This document shows, piece by piece, positions 1 to 12,214 of a stretch of DNA of 64,000 bases. The stretch comes from Eledone cirrhosa (Eukaryota). Position 1 is the stretch's first letter; the number at the start of each line of letters is the position of its first letter. Below the pieces are notes generated by a model. The model had not been told where the DNA came from. It saw only the letters and a program-made list of their open reading frames with translations, and ran no database searches. Made by a program: the position numbers and the translations under genes. Location of the stretch: the NCBI GenBank assembly GCA_964016885.1, contig OZ024755.1, forward strand, positions 43,586,001 through 43,650,000. The letters are read 5' to 3'.

Positions 1-470
1 AGATTAGCAAAAAGGAGAATATTTATGCAGAACTAAAGAGAAATCTACAGATACTCGACCCTGATTACACCTTCAGATTTATGCCTGTGATTATTGGGGC
101 ACTGGGATATATTAGTAACTGCCTCAATACAAATCTTGAGAAGCTAGGCTTCACAGAAACTGAAAGGACACAACTAGTTAGAAGTACAATCCATTAATGG
201 AACAGTAAAAATATGTAAAACATTCCAAAATTTCTGCATCTAATAACTGCATATACACATGTACAGATACTAAGCATATACACATGCACACATACAACGC
301 AAAACATGCACATCCACACATACAATAACATCCATATCTACACATGCATGCATACATATATATCTACCTAGTTGATGTTGTGTAAATTCCAATGAGAGAG
401 TCTTGTCTATGTTAGAAACCGACTCTCTCTCTATTGGAAAAGATTTGTGAAATTATAAAACCAGAAGAAC
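1..470 (+). mobile_element. 3' end of an RLE-type (R4/Dong-like) non-LTR retrotransposon: endonuclease C-terminus plus 3' UTR, followed by (CATA)n
   Basis: Translates as ISKKENIYAELKRNLQILDPDYTFRFMPVIIGALGY..., stop near 243. Closely similar to the minus-strand copy at 8380-8860, which shows the RPDI..E RLE motif. Confidence 0.7.
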
Positions 471-650
471 ATACATACATACATAGATACATACATACAT
501 GCATACATACATACATATATACATACATACATACCTACATACATATATACATACATACATACATACATATATACATACATACCTACATACCTACATACAT
601 ATATGATGGCTGCCCCCTCGTTATCGAGTATGGCCATTGCACGAGGAGAA

Positions 651-691
<41 letters not shown>

Positions 692-800
692 TAAATAAAT
701 AAAAAATAAAATAAAATAAAAAAAAAGAAATATATATATATATATATACACACATACATATACATATACATACACATATATACATATATACATTAATAAC

Positions 801-839
<39 letters not shown>

Positions 840-908
840 TGTTTCTACTTTAGGCACAAGGCCAGCAATTACCCAGTGCATTACTGGTACTTTATTTTAT
901 CGACCCCG
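840..908 (-). mobile_element. 3' fragment of a MetaSINE-like SINE
   Basis: Reverse complement of GGGGTCGATAAAATAAAGTACCAG...AAAGTAGAAAC, matching the SINE at 33331-33511; adjacent (AAT)n. Confidence 0.65.
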
Positions 909-1073
909 TAATAATAATAATATTTTATAATATTTTATAATATTTTATTGACCCCGTAATAATAATAATAATAACAATAATAACGACAACAATAATAATA
1001 TACATTTACATATATATATACACACACACGCACACACATAAACATATCTATACACACGCACACACGATAGCAA

Positions 1074-4000
1074 CTAACAGCGCTGCGATCGAATGTGGCT
1101 TTTTAGCCCAGCCAATGATCTAAAATGTCTTGCACAGAGTCGGCAACCAAAACATTCACTGGGAATAGCCGGCTGTGGTTGGAGTTCATGTACTTTTGCA
1201 TGTCGCTTGAGCCCTCCTGCTGATTTACATTCTCTACCACATGTTTGGGAAGCATGATGAGTAGCATCTCCAACAGCAGCCTGGTAGTCAACCACTGGTC
1301 TTACTTTATGACTGCGAATATGACTTTCGAGTCCAGCTTTGCTTAGGCAGAGTCTCGCACAGATGCTGCATGTCAGCACCATAGGAGGACCCTCGCCGTC
1401 TGGAAGTGCAACAGCAATGCCCTTCCTCACATCCCGCTTTACTTTCTCGTATGCGATTCGAGATGCCTCAAAGGCAACTTTTCCCTCATATACAGTCTTT
1501 CTCCATTTATTACGATCAGCAGCAATATTTTTCCATGTATCAGCAGAGATGTTAGCGTCTTTCAAAGAGGCTTTCAAGGAATCGTTATACCTCTTTTTTG
1601 GTTTATGTGGCGGTCGTTTTCCTTTAACCAACTCTCCATAAAAGAGTTGTTTTGGTATTCTAGAATCCTTCATCCTGGCAAGGTGACCACTCTAACGGAG
1701 TCATTGCTTAAGCACAAGAGCTTCTATACTGTCACACATAGAGCTTTCCAAAATCTCGACATCACTGATGTGGTCCCTCCAGTGAACGCCATGGATCCAT
1801 CTGAGACACATCTGATGGAAACGCTCCAATTGCTTAAGGTGGTGTCGATATGTGACCCAGGTCTCGCAGGCATAAAGAAGACAAGAGAGCACACATGCCT
1901 TGTACACCTTTACCTTTGTCCTCCTGCATATGTCTCGCTGACCCCAGAGTCGCCTTTCTAGCTTTCCGAAAGCATCAATTGCTTTCCTAAGCCTAAGTGA
2001 GATTTCTTTGTCAAGGTTGCTGTATCGATTGACAGTGCTTCCCAGGTAGACAAACTGATCAACCACTCCAAGTCTTTATTATACACATAGATATTTGGTT
2101 CAGTGTACTGCTTACCAGGGGCAGGTTGGTACATGACGACGGTTTTCTTGAGACTGACAGTCAATCCTAGGGCAGTGCAAGCGTCAGAAAATGCATTCAA
2201 AATGTGCTGCATATCACTCTCTGTGTGCGCTACAAGAATGCAATCATCTGCATACAAGAGGTCTCTTATAATTGATGTAAATACTTTTGTCTTTGCAGCA
2301 AAGCGCCTGATGTTAAATATGCTGCCTGAGGTTCGATATCGGATCTAAACACCATGCTGGCAATTCCTGAATGCAATACAGAAAACCATTGCAAAGTATA
2401 TGGCAAACAGGGTCGGTGCTGGAATATCCCCCTGTTTCACTCCATTTTTTACTGAGATAGGCTCCGACATGTTACCTCCGACATTAACCCAAGCCTTCAT
2501 GTCGTCATGGAAAGATCTAACTAAAGCAAGGAACTTATCAGGGCAACCAAATTTCTGGAGAACCTTCCATAATGCATTTCTGTTAACAGTATCGAAAGCT
2601 TTTGTCAGATCGACAAAAACCTGATACAGATCCAAACCTTGTTCCATGCACTGGGGCTGGAGCTGTCTAGCTGAGAAGATCATATCAGTAGTGCCGCGTC
2701 CAGCACCAAAACCAGATTGACTTTCAGGAAGAACACAATCTGCAATGTGTGTGTCAGCAGACGGTCCAGAAGCACCCTACATAAAACTTTCCCTACGACA
2801 GAAAGCAATGATATACCTCTGTAGTTCCCACAATCATTCCTGTTACCCTTTCCCTTGTACAAGACCACCATTACTGCATCTCTCCAGTCCTCAGGTACGG
2901 ATGCATTAGCCCCATATCCTGTCAAACAAAGAGTGAAGATGTTGCAGGAGTCTCTCACCACCATATTGTAGGAGCTCAGCATGTATGCCATCCATACCTG
3001 GAGATCTTCTACTATTCAGCTTCGAGATAGCCACTGCAACCTCCACAAGCGTCGGAGGTTCTGCGAGAGCTACTTTCACAGGACTTTCTGGAATGAGACT
3101 GAGGAAATCTTCACTGGCGACAGACGGCTGATTCAAAAGATCATCAAAGTGCTCTCGCCACCTTCGTAGAATTCCTTGTGAGTCACAAAGAAGTTCTCTG
3201 CCATCCTTGCTGCGAAACGCTGTCACCAGAGAAGAAGACGGTCCATAAACCTCACACAAGAGACTGTACAACAGCTTTGTGTTATTGGAATCTGACGTAG
3301 TTTGTATCTCACCAGCCTTCTTACTCCACCACTGATCCTTCATCTGAGAAAGACTCCGCCTAACACGTGATTTTACATCCTTGAGTTCCTCATGCAATGT
3401 ATTCCTCTCCTGTGGTTTTGCCGTCAAGTAGCGTGACAGAGCACGCCTCTTATCAGCCAACAAGTCTTCTATATGTACATCATTCTCATTAAACCAGTCC
3501 TGATGTTTTCTCTGCACCAATCCCAGAACACGTCTGCCTACATCATAAACCGACTTTTTAAGAGTCGGCCAATCCTCACCAAGATCTGCAGCCTGCATCT
3601 CTTCATCCAATGTCTTCGTCACATTTTTATCCTTAAGACGAGCAGCATTCAATCTTTTGGGCAGGGCAACACCAGGAGCCCGGATTTTACGTTTAGTGAT
3701 TAGTTTCACTTTTGCACGTACCAGGTGGTGGTCCATCCAGCACTCAGCTCCATGAAGAGCACAAACACACTGCACATCCTGTCTGTCACGCATCCTGACT
3801 AGACTAGGACGTAGTCCAAAAGATGCCATTCCTTAGATGCAGGATGCATCCATGTGGTCTTGAATTTGTTCTTTTGTTGGAACATGGTGTTGGTAACACA
3901 GATCTAGCTCCTGACACATCTGCAGCAGGAGCATACCATTGTTGTTACACTTTCCCACCCCATGCCTTCCGATTACATTCCATGTGTTAAAGTCCCTACC

Positions 4001-4490
4001 CACTCTAGCATTAAAGTCACCAAGCACGATGACTTTGTCTGCCTGAGGGATATTTCTTAAAACACCTTTCAAGGCATGGTAAAAGGACACTTTTTCTTCA
4101 TCGACAGAATTCATAGTTGGAGCATACACACTCACCAGGGTTGCATATCTTCCTTTGTCCAGCGGAATTCTCATGGACATAAGACGCTCACTAATCCCTA
4201 CTGGGAATTCTTCTAATTTATTCACAAGAACAGTCTTAACAGCAAATCCTACCCCAGCCTCTCTTCTGGTTCCTTCATCTCTTCCTTTCCAGAAGAATGT
4301 ATATTCTCCACAAAATTCTGTAAGATGACCATCTCCAGCTAACCTCGTCTCAGATAAAGCCACGATGTCAAGATCGTAATGTCGAAGCTCCTTTGCAACA
4401 AGAGCGGTCCTTCGTTCAGGACGCTCCAAGGAATCCCTATCAAGCAGCGTCCGTACGTTTCAGCAGCCAAGACTAAATGCCTTGTTTGGC
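1074..4490 (-). mobile_element. Near full-length, frameshifted RTE-clade LINE (APE endonuclease + RT + C-terminal C2H2 fingers)
   Basis: ORF pieces: ERRTALVAKEL..IVALSETRL, LGDFNARVG (APE); NYRGISLL, FVDLTKAFDTV, GVKQG, YADD, FVYLGS (RT); SRIPKQLFYGEL..GKRPPHKPKKRY; C-terminal CxxC..H motifs. Broken by several stops and frameshifts. Confidence 0.92.
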
Positions 4491-4689
4491 TCTATTACAA
4501 TGGCACGATGACGAGCGGGCCCAGGCTGTGATAACCTGGGGCCCCTGCCCTTATTGCCAATTATCTCTTTTGTTCCAGAACCCTTATTGCCAATTATCTC
4601 TTTTATATTGTTCTGGAACATCATTGAATTTGAAAAAAAAAGAAAAAAAAAAAAGTAATATTAATAGTAACAATAATAATAATAATAAT

Positions 4690-4805
4690 TGTTTCTACTT
4701 TAGGCACAAGACCAGAAATTACCCAGTGTATTACTGGTACTTTATTTTATCGACCCCATAAGGATGAAAGGCAAAGTCAACCTCGGCGGGATTTGAACTC
4801 AGATC
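4690..4805 (-). mobile_element. MetaSINE-like SINE, 5'-truncated
   Basis: Minus strand reads GAGTTCAAATCC (B-box), then GAGGTTGACTTTGCCTTTCATCCTTATGGGGTCGATAAAATAAAGTACCAG, followed by a (TAT)n tail. Confidence 0.7.
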
Positions 4806-4829
4806 GTAATAATAATAATACACTATCCT

Positions 4830-6573
4830 CCTTCCTGACCGTAATTTGGTGGTAGGCTCGCACTAAATCTAACTTTGAAAAAATCTTACGCCGCAGCGAT
4901 GAAGAATATGGGGCTGAATATCCTGGCCATGAATTGAAAATCCGGTGATGTTATCCACCAGGCGTTGGCCACGGACGTCCACAGTTAAAGAGAAGTTGTG
5001 TAGGAAATCCGCTCCTAAGATGGGGTATGGCAAATCAGCAACCGTAAAAATCCACTTAAAATCCCTACGAAGATTTAGGAATTTGAGAGGAAGCGAGATT
5101 TGCCCATACGTCTTTATAGACGAGTGGTTCACTGCCTGCAGCGTAACAGATGACTCTCTGGGGGTATCTTTCAGGCAATGGACCGGCCAAATACTACAGG
5201 AGGCTCCTGTATCCACGAGGTAACCTATTCCCAACATTAGGTCCTTAATGAAGAAATGGCGGTTTGGTGGCTTTATGTTGAGGTCAACTGTCCCCATCAG
5301 CGGACCTCTTAGGCGTTTCCCGCCTTATGAAAGGAGCAAGGTTGCACGCAGTGATTCGCGTTCTCAGCAAATCACTCATGGTACCAGCATAAAGATGAAG
5401 CTGGTGATTTAGAACGACGTCTAAAACTTTGCGATCTCCCGCGACTGCGAGGGCGCGAACGGGCACCACACAAGGCCTTCATCTTGTGGAGCTCTATGGT
5501 GAGTTCCTGAATGGACCTTTGCATCGCCATAATGGTTGAGCTGTCTATTGGCGCTGCCGCGTAGATCGCATGGCCGCATGTGGCCCGAGCTGGGTGGTGA
5601 ACAGCGGCAAGGGGGTCGCTGCCTCCGGCATTCGTCACCTCTAAAACTTTGTCCGCAGAGGCGGCAAGCTGATCCACTGTCCTTGTATCCCTCATGGGGG
5701 CCAAAATTGCCTGTACGTTGGTCGGCAGGCACGAGAAGAACAACTGCTTCAGCAGGGCAGTTTCCGCTACCGACCCCTCCGTTAGGTCCTTCATTCGCCT
5801 TAGAAGGTTCGATGGGATGCCATCCCCTATATGCTCCAGATGGACCAAAGCCGTAAACTTTTTTTCTGAAGACTTCTGTCCGGCTGAGTATTTCAGCCTT
5901 CAGAGACGTGTACGTCAAGTCTGTGGGTGTCTCTAACACCAGGTCCTTAATCGCTGGGAGAATTGCCGGCGGAATTGCGCTAAGGACCAGAGGACGTTGT
6001 AGTTCCTCGTCAACTCTGTTCGCCTTGAAAAATGCTTCGAGCTGGGCGAACCATAGCCTTACGTCGCCCGTGTACGTTGGCAGAACAGAGTGAGAAGCCA
6101 TTGGTATACCGTAGGCAATTTACCGTTTGGAAAAATGTCTCCAACGCAACAGAAAAGGAAAACAAAATCGCTTATCTTTCTCTGTCAAACCAACTGGACC
6201 AGAAAAATAATGCATCCGGGACAATATGCAAAGAAGCGATTAACTGAATGCTGTTATTACTAAGGTAAAGGCAAGGAACTTAAAACAAAATCCAACATGG
6301 CGAACTATTTCGCGCCAAAAACACTAATGATGGAGAAGAGAGCCTCCATCTTGTCATCCTCAAAATTTTTAGCCAGAGAAGAGAAGAGCAGAAAAGGAGA
6401 GAACAAAAAAGGCAAAAACATTCATACAATTGCTGTTTGTTTGTGTGTCAATAACTGTAGGTGTTCGTTTTGTATTAAATTGTTTTTTTTTTCTTTTTCT
6501 TCTGTTTTTTTTTCTATATACACCTTATACTATTTCCCATTTTTTTTTTTTTTAAATCAGGTCGCGGTCACCA
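4830..6573 (-). mobile_element. Truncated Ty3/Gypsy LTR retrotransposon: PBS, frameshifted gag and aspartic protease
   Basis: gag-like DVRLWFAQLEAFF (5421-6101) and LKQLFFSCLPTNVQAIL..LCWYH (5372-5848); protease YLVDTGAS..PILGADFL (4869-5297). Confidence 0.85.
6558..6573 (-). promoter_or_regulatory. Primer-binding site (tRNA-Trp-like) of the Gypsy element
   Basis: Minus strand TGGTGACCGCGACCTG is close to the complement of the tRNA-Trp 3' end (TGGTGACCCCGACGTG) and lies upstream of gag. Sequence beyond 6574 is probably its LTR, boundary unresolved. Confidence 0.6.
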
Positions 6574-8377
6574 CTTTAGGAGATTAGTATCGGTGTACAT
6601 ATAAAATTATTACAAAAGACAATAAATGCTGGTGTGTGTTGTGATAATGTTTTTTTACTTCACAGAAGTCAAAGGGATTAATATAAATGAATCATTACCC
6701 GTGGATAACAACTCCTAGGCTGAAGTGTGTAGAGAAAAGGAGAGATCTTCTCTTGGAGGTGTTAACATCTTCTTAGGTTCTTAGGTGGCATCCTTCTTGA
6801 GTGGCAAAGGAAAATGAGAAAGGAATCATCTCATGATAAGGTCGCAAGTGTTGTTACCACTTTGGGATTCAGAAGGCGAGAGAGGGAGATCGTCCTAACC
6901 TGTTCCTTTTATAGGGTCTGACTGGAAGTGACCAACAGGGTTCTATCACCCCCAAAGGGAAGCAACTCCAGCTACTTCCTGTCTAGAGAGCGGTGATGAG
7001 ATTGTCATGACAAGGGAGGCAACTCTTGCTACAAATGCATTTGCCCCAAAAGAGGAACTGGTCTACATCATTGGCTGCAAATGAAGTCACAGGTTTTATA
7101 TCAGAATGACTTCTGCTAGAGAGATGTCTTAATGAAGACCAGGAGTTTCTCGCTCCACAAAAATAAAATAAAAAACAAAACTTTATAGGATGGCTGTTGA
7201 TTCTCCTGAGTTCCCCTGCTCTTTGATGGGTTTTGTTTTTGATCTCACAGGGTGTCCAAAATCACCCTCCTCACCAAGCTTGTTTGGTGAGGTTGCTGGT
7301 TTAGTTGCTGATGACCTGACCATGCACAGGTTGTATTGGGTTACATGTTACCAGTAGCGCTGAAGAGCAACCTGACATATATACATATGCATGTATATAT
7401 GTATGTGTGGGGTTGGGAACCTCGTCAGAAGTATAAGGGTCAGTGACATCATGGGGCTGAAGGGCAAGTGACGTCACATATGTGGAAGTAGGACCAGCAT
7501 GGTGGACCTCTTCCTTTTGAGACAGTCAAGAAGATAGGTCATGTTCTTGCTGTGGGCACTCCAGTTATATGTTGATAGGTGTTGGTGGGTAGGGCACTAA
7601 TGTACTCCATTCTGGACAAAACCGACCAGTAAAACATCCCGTCAGGTATGCCAACTACACTTTTCCCCACCTCTTTTACAACAGTAGGTATGTATTTGTA
7701 TATTTAAACTAACATAGTACCTGTCAAAGATGACAGGGTTTAGAGAAAAAATATTTCATTAATAATCCATTGGTTACTTTGCATGGGAAGTATTGAATGT
7801 GAGAAAAAGAATTAAGTTCACAAGAGTTAATAGTATAGGAAAGCAAACACACACCACTGTCATGACAAGCACTAGTGAGGGGTAGGGTGATATAGCAGAC
7901 AACCATTACACACACCATTGACATAAAAACCACCAGACAACCATTGACATGAAAACAACCCAACACCATTCAATAAACATAATTGAAGATATTTATTGAA
8001 AGAGTTGCTCTCTTTCTTCTATTTCTCTCTCTCCTATTTTTATTTGTTCAAAAGACTCTGACACAGCACCACCCCTAACACCACTGCTCCTCCTTTCACA
8101 AAGAAAACTTCTCTATTTTAATAGTAACACTCTATGGTGTTTCATGGTTGATTACCTCCCTTCTCGGAAAGAAAGAGAAACAACTTTACATATTGTACAA
8201 CTATTTCTTTACAATATATCATTGTTAATTGGTTTGAAGTCAATTCATGTACATGTAGTGTGGTCTTTCTGTCTGCATAGGTGTATATATGTTTGTATGT
8301 GAGTATATATGTATGAATATATGTATGTATGTATATATGTATGTGTATATATGTATATATGTATGTGTATATATGTA

Positions 8378-9460
8378 TGTATGTTCTGGTTTTATAATTT
8401 TTTAAATGTTTACCAATAGAGAGAGAGTCAGTTTCTAACATAGATACAAGACTCTCTCATTGTAATTTAAACATCAACCTGGTAGATATGCATGCATGTC
8501 TACATGCATGTGTAGATATGGATGTTATTGTATGTGTGGATGTGCATGTTTTGAGTTGTATGTGTGCATGTGTATATGCTTAGTATCTGTACATGTGTAT
8601 ATGCAGTTATTAGATGCATCATTTTTGGAATGTTTTACATATTTTTACTGTTCCATTAATGGATTGTACTTGTAATTTCCTAACTAGTCGTGTCCTTTCT
8701 ATTTCTGTGAAGCCTAGCTTCTCAAGATTTGTATTGGGGCAGTTACTAACATACCCCAGTGCCCCAATAATCACAGGCATAAATCTGAAGGTATAGTCAG
8801 GGTGGAGTATCTAGATTTCTCATTTGTTCTGCATAAATATTCTCCTTTTTGCTAATCTTTGATATTATATTGACATCTGCTGGGCAGCTAATTTCCATTA
8901 GTGTGCATGCTTTCTTCTCCCTGTCCCATATCATAATATCTGGTCTGTTATGCCTGTATCTTATTGGGGTTTTTACTGGAACATACCACCAGTACTCTTT
9001 CATATTATGTATATGTATGTATTCCACACTGCTGTAGCTTTTAATGTGTTTTTTATCGGGGCTATCTTTTCTACGGATTGCATTGTACAGTGTTTTGGCC
9101 ATTACATGATGACTCATAGGTAAACAGTACCATGATGACATCTTTGGACAGCTGTCACATGGGTGTTATCTTCGATGTTAATTCTGCAGAGTTTGCACTT
9201 GTTATCACATCTAGGTGTTTTGCCTGCATCCCTATCTCTTTTGTGAATCAGGTATTTTGTGTTAATCTCCTGTTCTTGGATTGCTAAAGCGTATCCTTCA
9301 AAGTGGGAGTCAATATAGTGGTTGTTGGAACAAGATAGACTACTTTTTTTATCTATATTACTCTCACTCTGGAGCTTCCTGGCAACATATCCATGCATGA
9401 TTTTTTTACTGATAAGCATGCAGCTTTCATTCATGGATTCACTGCGGTACTGCTGGGCAA
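8378..9460 (-). mobile_element. 5'-truncated RLE-type (R4/Dong-like) non-LTR retrotransposon
   Basis: AIQEQEINTKY, CCHC-like KCKLCRINIEDNTH, RLE motif HNRPDIMIWD..LMEISCP; 3' UTR shared with 243-470; ends in (CATA)n. Confidence 0.8.
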
Positions 9461-9462
9461 TG

Positions 9463-9730
9463 TATGCATGCATGTATGTATGTATGTTCTGGCTTTATGA
9501 CATTATGAATTTTTACCAATAGAGAGAGAGAGAGTCAGTTTCTAACATAGACACGAAACTCTTTCATTGTAATTTAAACATCAACCTGGTAGATATGTAT
9601 GCATGTCTGCATTCATGCATGTGTCTGTAGGTATGGATATTATTGTATGTGTGGAGGTGGATGTTTTGAGTTATATGTGTGCATGTCCATATGCTTTATA
9701 TGTATGTATGTGTGCATACAGTTATAACAT
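9463..9730 (-). mobile_element. Additional 3' UTR fragment of the same R4/Dong-like family
   Basis: Similar to 8380-8590 (AGAGTCAGTTTCTAACATAGA..TAAACATCAACCTGGTAGATATG); again abuts (CATA)n on the minus strand. Confidence 0.65.
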
Positions 9731-10523
9731 GCAGAATGTTTGGAATATATGTGATTATCATTATCATTCAACATCGATTGCATGAGTTAAGCAGTTTGTC
9801 ACATCAAGTCAGGTCAGGTGACTACATCTTGCTCATACAGATCTGTTTTTTGGCTTTGTTTCTAGGTCTAGAGAGATTGGAAGACAAAGTTAAACCCAGC
9901 ATATATAGTCTTGGAGATGAACTTAGAGAAACTGGAAGCAAGGTTAAACCCAGCATATCTAGATTATGTAGATTAAATGGTCCTTGTGCTTACTAAACCC
10001 TAACATTTACATGAAACAAATGAGTGAGATATGGTCCTCCAACTCATTTAGAGAGGAATAAGTCCCAACATGGTTCTCTGACCAATCTAGGAAGGCAGTC
10101 ACTATAAAGAACTGATTCTGACCACATTTAGTCATAAAACAATGCCTGAAAAAGACTCCTATGATTGAAGCTTGTGATGAGGCCTGCAAGGAGAAGCCCA
10201 ACCTTTTTAGAAGGAAATCACTTTAAGCCACTTGTTATATTGTTTATATTAGCTTGTTATTATTCTCTCTGTTTACTTCACATCTGATATCTCTTCTGAA
10301 ATGTTATATGTTCATTATAGACAGATAAAAAATGTTCTCTCTGTTGTTTCACATATGTCAAAATTCTCCTCACACATCTCCATCCTCATACACACATTAA
10401 ACATTTAAAACTGTCTTTTCTAATGTAAGCAAAATGTGAACTTTCTACTCCCCAAGTGAAATAATCCACTTTCTGCCAATGAAAACATTTGATTAAAAAC
10501 CCCTATATATGTGTATATATATA

Positions 10524-10903
10524 TCATCATCATTTTACGTCTGCTTTTCCCTGCTTGCAAGGGTGGGATGGGAACTGATTCTGGCTTGATTTCTACAGCT
10601 GGATGCCCTTCCTAACACCAACCTCATTTACAGTGTGGGCTGGGTGCTTTTTATCCGTGGCGCCTATACGTCTACTTTACAGTGTGGGCTGGTCGCTTTT
10701 TTGCCGTGGCACCTCCACGACCACTTTGCAGTGGAATGATAGGAACCCCAGGCCTATCATCTCATTTCTACAGCTGAGTAAACTGGAGCAAATGTGAAAT
10801 AAAGTGTCTTGCTCAAGGAAACAACACATCACCCGCTCCGAGAATTGAACTCACAACCTTTCGATTGCAAGCCCAATGCTCTAACCGCTAAGCCATGTGC
10901 TCC
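10524..10903 (-). mobile_element. tRNA-derived CORE-like SINE with RTE-type 3' tail ending (ATG)n
   Basis: Minus strand: A-box TGGCTTAGCGG, B-box GTGAGTTCAATTC, CORE-like TTTCCTTGAGCAAGACACTT. 10681-10734 matches the RTE 3' UTR at 27502-27555. Confidence 0.7.
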
Positions 10904-10957
10904 ATATATATATATAAAAGAAATAGGATTTTGCTTCAAGCATAGCTTTATACAATA

Positions 10958-11958
10958 CTAGCAGTAAAGCCCGGCGTTGCTCGGGGTTGCTCAGTAGCTG
11001 TGTTAAAGTTACAATGTTAAGTTTCTTTCTTGGCTTAAAAACTGTAGTGTCTACTGTGCAGACTTGCATGTGGTGTTTTTGATTAATATTCCCTCAACCA
11101 ACAATATGCCTTATGAAGTTAAGAAAACATAACGATAACCCGAATGTTATAACAAAAGAGGATGCTGGGGATAGAAACTGCACTGGTTATTTATTAACAA
11201 AGATCGAAAATGTAAACACTGCAACGCAGAGAAAAACATTAGCGTAACCAAATTATCAGTTATGTCTGTCTGCACGCCTATATCACCTCTCTGCACGACT
11301 GTCTGTCTGCACGCCTATATCACCTCTCTGCACGACTGTCTGTCTGCACGCCTATATCACCTCTCTGCACGACTGTCTGTCTGCACGCCTATATCACCTC
11401 TCTGCACGACTGTCTGTCTGCACGACTGTCTGTCTGCACGCGCATATCACCTCTCTGCACGACTGTCTGTCTGCACGACTGTCTGTCTGCACGCCTAACG
11501 ACGAAATATTTGCTTGTTTTACGTAGTCTTTAAATAGACTTGTTTTCAAGTAAAAATATTGTTTTAAAATGCTTTTAAATGGAAATGAAGCAAAACGGAA
11601 GCTTAGTGTTCGAACTGATGAATTTTGCAGGTCAATATTTTGCTGGCTCGACAACTGTTCGTGTATTGTATTAATGTCATTTTAAACGCTGAGAAAGCCA
11701 GCGTAATTTTTTACGTAAGACGCTCAATGTAAACAGAACAAAGGGAAATAACTGATAACTTACGCTCAAAAATCGATACATTATATTCGATTTCGTCACA
11801 TAGGGTGGGTCAATTTGAAATATTTTTTTTCCGATGTCTTCGCTAGGGCTCAATGTACAAGTATAGCAATTTCGGTGCAATTGCGTCAGAGATTCTAAGA
11901 GGAAATGTGTGCCAAAAATCGATAGACAGACAGACAACCACAGTTTTATATATATAGA
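10958..11958 (-). mobile_element. Non-autonomous Helitron
   Basis: Minus strand begins TCTATATATATAAAA..GTCTGTCTGTCT and ends with a CCCGAGCAACGCCGGG hairpin plus CTAG; inserted between A and T with no TSD. Confidence 0.8.
11264..11496. repeat. 37-bp minisatellite inside the Helitron
   Basis: Unit GTCTGTCTGCACGCCTATATCACCTCTCTGCACGACT, about 5 copies plus 16-bp subrepeats. Confidence 0.85.
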
Positions 11959-12201
11959 TGTATAAATATTTCGTATCTCCCAGGAAATACGGGTTTAGGA
12001 AGCCGTAGCTATGCAAACACCGGTGGGGCTAACGCCCTCTGGTGATGTCCAGCAGAAGCAAGGGGGACAACCGTCTATGCATTTCAGGTTGTCCCCCTTG
12101 CTTCTGCTGGACATCACCAGAGGGCGTTAGCCCCACCGGTGTTTGCATAGCTACGGCTTCCTAAAACCGTATTTCCTTGGAGATACGAAATATTTATACA
12201 T
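11958..12201. repeat. Near-perfect palindrome (115-bp arms, 14-nt loop) between two Helitrons
   Basis: 11958-12072 is the reverse complement of 12087-12201; two mismatches seen. Confidence 0.9.
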
Positions 12202-12214
12202 ATATATATATATA

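Noticed and set aside
7407-8085. Possible solo LTR (TG start, AATAAA near 7972)
   Set aside because: No second copy, clear terminal inverted repeat or TSD could be confirmed in the window.
10830-10903. tRNA gene
   Set aside because: Only a degenerate tRNA-like SINE head with A/B boxes; the same applies to 33335-33415.
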